Virus record (IMG/VR): IMGVR_UViG_3300032083_003901
Span: 9,891-73,890 of that record
Reading direction: 5' to 3' (one strand)
DNA length: 64,000 bases
DNA from: a virus
This document shows, piece by piece, positions 59,203-64,000 of this stretch; position 1 is the stretch's first letter, and each line of letters opens with the position of its first letter. A model generated the notes under the pieces. It was not told where the DNA came from and searched no databases. It saw only the letters and a program-made list of their open reading frames with translations. A program made the position numbers and the translations under genes.

Positions 59203-59685
59203 GTGGAAGAAGAAGTGCTTGAAACAAAACCGCTAGTAAAAGTGCTCAGCACTGGGTACGAAACACTGTACCATGCTTCTTGGCAGGATGCACTAAAGGA
59301 TGTGTACACCGGTCGATTAGAAGTCGTTGAAACGCATCCGACTATTCGAATTGGAACCGTCGACGGCCTCGAGCCTTTTCCAATTACGGTGCGCTTCAGG
59401 CAAGGTGTTTTTCTTGGTAAAATCAAGATCCCACCGAAGACCAGGCGGCCTAATAGAAAAAATATTTTTATTCGTGACGAAGCGAGATGCCAGTACTGCC
59501 TTAAAGACCTCGATTTCTATGACTCTACCATTGACCACGTGTTGCCAAAATCCAGAGGGGGCGCAGATGCCTGGTCCAACTTAGTGCTTTGCTGTGGGCC
59601 ATGTAACATCAAAAAAGGAAGCCGCACTCCTAGCGAAGCAGGAATGACACTCTTGCGCAAAGAAGGTTATACTGCCCCGAGGTGA
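59203..59685 (+). CDS. HNH endonuclease (McrA-like)
   Basis: RDEARCQYC, TIDHVLPKSRGG..WSNLVLCCGPCNIKKG. Confidence 0.9.
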   Translation: MEEEVLETKPLVKVLSTGYETLYHASWQDALKDVYTGRLEVVETHPTIRIGTVDGLEPFPITVRFRQGVFLGKIKIPPKTRRPNRKNIFIRDEARCQYCLKDLDFYDSTIDHVLPKSRGGADAWSNLVLCCGPCNIKKGSRTPSEAGMTLLRKEGYTAPR

Positions 59686-59691
59686 TATTTA
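59682..59691 (+). promoter_or_regulatory. Putative late promoter GTGATATTTA
   Basis: Exact copy. Confidence 0.7.
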
Positions 59692-59711
59692 GTCTCCATG
59701 GAGGTGGTCAA

Positions 59712-60356
59712 ATGAGTATCAGTAATGATTCATATGACAGGATTCTAACGCTCGGTCGTGAGCTCTATGACGTAGAAGTTTCATTCAAAAACGAGAGCAA
59801 GCTTATGCGTCTACTTTCTTGGTTGTTGTTCTTCAATAAGAAGTTCATGACCAACTACATTACCGTGATCGGAAAGACAGTTTACTTTCCTTCGCGCGAG
59901 TGGCTCGAAAAGAACAGAGAGTCTGCAGCGCGAATAATGTGTCACGAGATGGTTCACATCGGTGATGAAAAAATGGTAGGGTCTGCAGTCTTCAGACTCA
60001 GCTATCTCTTTCCGCAGTGCATGTCGATCTTTGCACTAATGGGCTTTTTCGTCGGCCCTATCGCTCTAATCTTCCTGCTTTTCTTGCTTCCCCTGCCGGC
60101 GCCTTTCAGGGCCTTCTGGGAACTTAGGGGCTACGCGATGACAGACGCAGTGTTGTTCAAAAAGTACAACCAGTTTGCAGACGACGACTTTCTCACCAAA
60201 CAATTCACCACATCGAAGTACTATTTCATGTGGCCCATGAAGAAGACTCTATGGACTGAAATCGAGAAAAATCGCGAGAGAATTAAGTCCGGAGAGATCC
60301 ACAAAAAAATAATTCATTCAAAGCGCATTTTATCAGCAATCTCAGAAAAAAGCTGA
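59712..60356 (+). CDS. Membrane-associated zincin-like protein
   Basis: CHEMVHI, TM stretch, WELRGY; GGAGG RBS. Confidence 0.6.
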   Translation: MSISNDSYDRILTLGRELYDVEVSFKNESKLMRLLSWLLFFNKKFMTNYITVIGKTVYFPSREWLEKNRESAARIMCHEMVHIGDEKMVGSAVFRLSYLFPQCMSIFALMGFFVGPIALIFLLFLLPLPAPFRAFWELRGYAMTDAVLFKKYNQFADDDFLTKQFTTSKYYFMWPMKKTLWTEIEKNRERIKSGEIHKKIIHSKRILSAISEKS

Positions 60357-60552
60357 CGGGGGCTCTATAGTTATAAACAAGGGAGCGGCGATGGAAATAG
60401 TTGGCGAAATCTTGTTTTGGTCTATATTCTCAACAAGTGCAATTTTAGTAGTTTTTCCCTCGTTTTGCTCATCGCTTTTTTTCAAATGGCTAGATCGTGT
60501 GATCGAAAAATCAGAAGGTGACGCTACGTCTGACTGGTAGGCATTCAACCGT

Positions 60553-61107
60553 TTGAGAGGGGCCGTGAGCCACTACGGGAGATCGTTGGGTGAAGAGGCG
60601 CTAAACGCATGCACGCATATTCCTGTCGCGGTGTACGCCGGACATGGATTGCTGTTAGGGCACCGCTGTCAAGTTTTTCTGCTCTTTTCGCTTCTTACAT
60701 TCGGTTTTTCTTTCCTGTATCACATTAGCACGAACATTAAAGCAAAGTCTTTCTTCCGTCGCTTAGACATTGCTTCAATTTTTTGGCTTATACCGGCATC
60801 GGTTTACGACTTTCTTCCCATTTATATTGGAGCCAGCCTGCTGCTTTTGTGTTGCGTCCTTTCTTTGCCGGTAATTTTCCAATCCACGCCATCGCGATTT
60901 ACAGACACGGCCTTGATTATCTTATCGGCCGCGGCCTTGATGGCAGCATTCGCGTTTTCAGAAGTTTGGATGCCAATTGCTTTTGGTCTTTTGTTTTATT
61001 CTTGCGGTCTATTTTTCTACTTTAGCAGTGCTAAGTGGTCACACACGTTTTGGCACTTATTCGTTGTTGCTGGTTGGTTCGTTCATTTTTGGGTGCATGT
61101 AAAATGA
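60553..61107 (+). CDS. Hemolysin III/PAQR-family membrane protein
   Basis: EEALNACTH, SFLYH, RRLDIASIF, HTFWHLFVVAG. Confidence 0.8.
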   Translation: MRGAVSHYGRSLGEEALNACTHIPVAVYAGHGLLLGHRCQVFLLFSLLTFGFSFLYHISTNIKAKSFFRRLDIASIFWLIPASVYDFLPIYIGASLLLLCCVLSLPVIFQSTPSRFTDTALIILSAAALMAAFAFSEVWMPIAFGLLFYSCGLFFYFSSAKWSHTFWHLFVVAGWFVHFWVHVK

Positions 61108-61298
61108 GCAATGTCAAAGAAACAAAGGACTATTTTTCGAAAGGAGACTTCGTGACTCATTCGAAAATCGGCTCGCAGGTCGGCGTCATAGTTGAATTTG
61201 TCAGCACGCGAGCCGGGCAATGCGCTTGGGTTGACTACGGAGATTTCAAAAGACTTGAGTTCGTCAAGGATATTTTGCCGATTAGAAGAGATATTTAG
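61104..61298 (+). CDS. Hypothetical small protein
   Basis: FSKGDFVTH SH3-like; coupled start. Confidence 0.4.
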   Translation: MSNVKETKDYFSKGDFVTHSKIGSQVGVIVEFVSTRAGQCAWVDYGDFKRLEFVKDILPIRRDI

Positions 61299-61319
61299 CA
61301 CCGTGACGGAGGATTGTAG

Positions 61320-61667
61320 ATGCAAGCATTAGGAAACTGCTATGAGGCCGCAGCTCAATTTGTCATGGACAAATGCATGTTTGGTGGCGACTGCCCCTAC
61401 ACCATAGTTCACGCCGAAGTGGCCGGGCAAGGACAGTTAGAAGGCACCAACTTTGGACACGCTTATGTGGTTGATGAAAACTCAGGCAACGTAATCGATC
61501 GGTCTAATGGTCGCAATGTTGTCATGCCACGTGCCATTTATGAGGCGATAGGTGCCATTAAACAGATAGGAAACTATCACGAATATACTTGGAAAGTGGC
61601 AAGGCTAAAGATGGTTGAGCATGAGCACTACGGACCTTGGGACCTTGAAACGAGCACAGGGCTTTGA
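61320..61667 (+). CDS. Putative papain/transglutaminase-like Cys-His-Asp protein
   Basis: GNCYEAA..GHAYV..VID; GAGATATTTA upstream. Confidence 0.5.
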   Translation: MQALGNCYEAAAQFVMDKCMFGGDCPYTIVHAEVAGQGQLEGTNFGHAYVVDENSGNVIDRSNGRNVVMPRAIYEAIGAIKQIGNYHEYTWKVARLKMVEHEHYGPWDLETSTGL

Positions 61668-61668
61668 A

Positions 61669-62307
61669 ATGAGAAAAGAACCACAAATATTTACCAGACT
61701 TCAGAAGCAAGATCAACCGATAGATCTAGAGACCCTTAGCGATCTTGAAGCTGAGGTGCAACTAGAGTCTCGCCAACGCATCAAAAAAATCGTCGAGAGC
61801 GTGATGTCAGAGGCGCCCGAAGTTGAAGACGTCGGCTATTCTCCCTTGGAGTATTTCGGCATTCAGAGTCCTTCGCACGGTAAAAAAAGACTGATCATTG
61901 TTGACAAAGATGAGCCTGACGCAAAGGAAGGCGAACGATATTATAAAACCTTGACGAAATATCGACTTAGGACGAAGGGCGGAAGGCGAATGCTTAAAAA
62001 GCCCGTTTTGGATGAAGTGATTCCAGGTGCTCCGCCACACACAGTCGGGTTTATCGATTACCACATCGACATGAAACACGATAACGGCGATCCGAAAGGC
62101 GTCTACCTGGACTATCTTCATGTCCGAGGAGATCAGCGAGGCAAAGGCCACGCTCGTCTTTTGGCCCAAGAGATCGTGAATCGACACCCGACGATTGAAT
62201 ATCTGGATTTTGGCAAAATGATGGCACCAGAAATTGGTCACCTCATGAGATGGTTCAAAGACAAATACAAAGGAAAGATCGATGTCATCGGCAGAATCTG
62301 GTACTAG
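61669..62307 (+). CDS. GNAT-family acetyltransferase domain protein
   Basis: YLDYLHVRGDQRGKGHARLL acetyl-CoA motif; N-terminal LESRQRIKKIVES. Confidence 0.65.
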   Translation: MRKEPQIFTRLQKQDQPIDLETLSDLEAEVQLESRQRIKKIVESVMSEAPEVEDVGYSPLEYFGIQSPSHGKKRLIIVDKDEPDAKEGERYYKTLTKYRLRTKGGRRMLKKPVLDEVIPGAPPHTVGFIDYHIDMKHDNGDPKGVYLDYLHVRGDQRGKGHARLLAQEIVNRHPTIEYLDFGKMMAPEIGHLMRWFKDKYKGKIDVIGRIWY

Positions 62308-63529
62308 ACAAATAGAGATCGGCGGCTACCCCTTTTCGGTTGAAGTTGCCGAGACGCCTGAGCAAAAAGCCCGCGGCATGATGCACAGAAAGTACATGCC
62401 GAACGGCACTGGAATGCTATTTAAGATGGGAGGTGGACCTGCTCGTTTTCACATGAAAAACACCCACATCCCCCTGGACATCCTTTACCTTGATGCCAGT
62501 GGAGTCATAATTAAAAAGGACGGGATGCGTCCGCACGTCGGAAAAAGTCACTGCGATGGTGACGTTCACCACGTGATCGAGCTCCCAGCAAACACTTGCG
62601 ACGAACTGGCCATCAAGGTGGGTGACCAATTGAACTTGAACGAATCAAGCAGAATGCTCAAAGAAGATTACGAAGACATTGTGAAAGTTGGTGTTCGATT
62701 GCGCGTCAATCTAAGGCGCAGAAATCTCATGGACATCTTGACCGACATTCGGGGACTTCCAAACGTTATCACTGTTTCCCAAGAGGGACAGCTTCAAACA
62801 GCACCCGAAGGGAAAAATATGGCAAACGTTTCCATTGGCTTCAACGACGATGCAAGGTTTGATGTGCCGGACATGGAATCAGGTTTGCTTAAGATCGACG
62901 GCGTCGATATGGTTATGGTTAGATCCTACAACGATCAGAAATACGATCCCAAGGCTCTTTACGGCTCGAAAAATGAAAGTGTATTGAGAGACATTGTCCG
63001 TGAGTCTCTGCGCAACTCGTGGGAAAATCCGCAAAAGATAAGTGACATTGTCTATCGTCCATGGTCTAAAAAGTTCTACGAGCAAGTCAGGCAGATCAAG
63101 CAAAGAGTGCACGAAAACGCAAGTGACCTGGATTGGTTCGAGCGCGAAATGCTATCTACAGACATCGGAGAGTTTGGCCTTTACGAAGGCAGCCGAGTCC
63201 CTCTGGACATTCCGATTCCAGCAGAGTTGGTAGAAGCAGAGTACCAAGGCAAAAAAGTTGAGCTCGATAAACCAAAGCGCGGCGGCACTGCAAAATTCTA
63301 CGTTTATGTTCGAGACCCTAAGACGAAGAACGTTAAAAAAGTGCCTTTTGGTGCAGAAGGCATGTCAGTGGGAATTGAAGATCCAGAGAGAGTCAAGTCT
63401 TTTGTCGCTCGTCACAAATGCAAAAGCAAAGAAAAGGAAGACAAAACCAAGCCAGGATATTGGTCTTGTCGTCTTCCGAGATATTGGAAGTCTCTCGGTT
63501 TGAAAAAGACTTCTAAGCAGTGGTGGTAA
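62282..63529 (+). CDS. Multi-domain protein: DUF192 + unknown + conserved myophage C-terminal domain
   Basis: VEVAETPE..RGMM.R..GMLF..FHMKNT.IPLDI; modules separated by LNES/NES/LVE; KFYVYV..SFVARHKC..GYWSCR. Confidence 0.75.
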   Translation: MSSAESGTRQIEIGGYPFSVEVAETPEQKARGMMHRKYMPNGTGMLFKMGGGPARFHMKNTHIPLDILYLDASGVIIKKDGMRPHVGKSHCDGDVHHVIELPANTCDELAIKVGDQLNLNESSRMLKEDYEDIVKVGVRLRVNLRRRNLMDILTDIRGLPNVITVSQEGQLQTAPEGKNMANVSIGFNDDARFDVPDMESGLLKIDGVDMVMVRSYNDQKYDPKALYGSKNESVLRDIVRESLRNSWENPQKISDIVYRPWSKKFYEQVRQIKQRVHENASDLDWFEREMLSTDIGEFGLYEGSRVPLDIPIPAELVEAEYQGKKVELDKPKRGGTAKFYVYVRDPKTKNVKKVPFGAEGMSVGIEDPERVKSFVARHKCKSKEKEDKTKPGYWSCRLPRYWKSLGLKKTSKQWW

Positions 63530-63804
63530 TGAGGGATTTGCCCTTCACAGAAGAGACCCTCGGACAAAATGAATTTCTAAGACACTTTAGAGCAGCTGAT
63601 GCTGAGGAGATGGTATGGCACCAGGATCCTGAAGATCGCATCGTGAAGCTGGTCGAAGGTTCTGGGTGGATGCTGCAGTTAGATGATCAGCTGCCAGTTG
63701 CCATTATGGAAAATGCTTTTTATTTTATTCCCGAGCTTTGCTGGCACCGACTGATAGCAATGCCAGGTTGCACGGATTTGAAACTTATCATCAAAAAACG
63801 TTAG
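63520..63804 (+). CDS. Conserved phage cupin-like protein
   Basis: EMVWHQDPEDR, WMLQLD, WHRLI. Confidence 0.6.
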   Translation: MVVMRDLPFTEETLGQNEFLRHFRAADAEEMVWHQDPEDRIVKLVEGSGWMLQLDDQLPVAIMENAFYFIPELCWHRLIAMPGCTDLKLIIKKR

Positions 63805-63825
63805 TCCTTCTTCGAAATTATCAGT

Positions 63826-63835
63826 GTGATATTTA
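63826..63835 (+). promoter_or_regulatory. Putative late promoter GTGATATTTA
   Basis: Exact copy upstream of the sheath-like gene. Confidence 0.75.
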
Positions 63836-63854
63836 ATGCACAGAAGGATTTTCA

Positions 63855-64000
63855 ATGCCACAGAACGAACCATTCAATTTGCCTAGCGTTCTTGCGAACA
63901 GTTTGGCATCAGAAGCAACGACGTTTATCCAGCAGCCTGGTGGTGCAATTCCACCAGCAGCTATAGCTGGTACAGCTCAGGCCGGCCCGGCATTCGTCCC
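63855..64000 (+). CDS. Tail sheath-like protein, N-terminus (3' truncated)
   Basis: MPQNEP...PAAIAGTAQAGPAFVP matches the sheath N-terminal GxAxxGPAFVP motif. Confidence 0.65.
   Translation, partial: MPQNEPFNLPSVLANSLASEATTFIQQPGGAIPPAAIAGTAQAGPAFV

Noticed and set aside
59203-59685. HNH as an intron-encoded homing endonuclease
   Set aside because: Free-standing; no interrupted host gene on either side
1-64000. CRISPR array, tRNA or rRNA genes
   Set aside because: Intergenic gaps are very short and I saw no regularly spaced repeats or cloverleaf signatures; tRNAscan was not run
1-64000. Stop-codon reassignment
   Set aside because: Conserved genes are full length in the standard code, and TAA, TAG and TGA all end genes at expected positions

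Overview
This 64 kb window is a segment of a large (jumbo-type) tailed dsDNA bacteriophage genome. It is densely coded, almost entirely on the + strand, in the standard genetic code. Contractile-tail genes sit at both ends: baseplate-like genes at 1-3565 and a partial tail-sheath-like gene from 63855. Bases ~3.6-26 kb hold the replication and repair core: a minimal PolA, gp32-like SSB, RecA/UvsX, a 5'-3' exonuclease, a DnaB-like helicase, NrdAB, ClpP, an archaeal-type GAPDH homolog, MBD4-like and Fpg/Nei glycosylases, two-subunit topoisomerase II and DnaE. Bases 26.2-33.6 kb form a probable DNA-hypermodification operon: a thymidylate-synthase homolog with the dCMP-type Asp, DUF6378-like, dUTPase, SGNH-like, amino acid:DNA transferase-like, a PLP enzyme, an epimerase, TK, DHH and dCMP deaminase. 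From 33.6 kb there are many acidic, probably late/virion proteins, mixed with GroEL, a sigma factor, UvsE, SodC, Dps-like and nuclease genes. The strongest leads are: (1) a possible cytosine-directed amino-acid hypermodification pathway; (2) a sigma70 that stops before region 4.2, followed by a separate region-4.2-like gene, together with a recurrent GTGTAA-N17-TATAAT promoter; (3) a reiterated MKITKRQLRRIIKEE peptide tag on diverse cargo proteins; (4) an exact GTGATATTTA putative late promoter; (5) a CglF/GltF-like gliding protein hinting at a Myxococcota/Bdellovibrionota-type host; and (6) strong TCTAGA enrichment. All family assignments come from motif recognition by eye; no searches were run.
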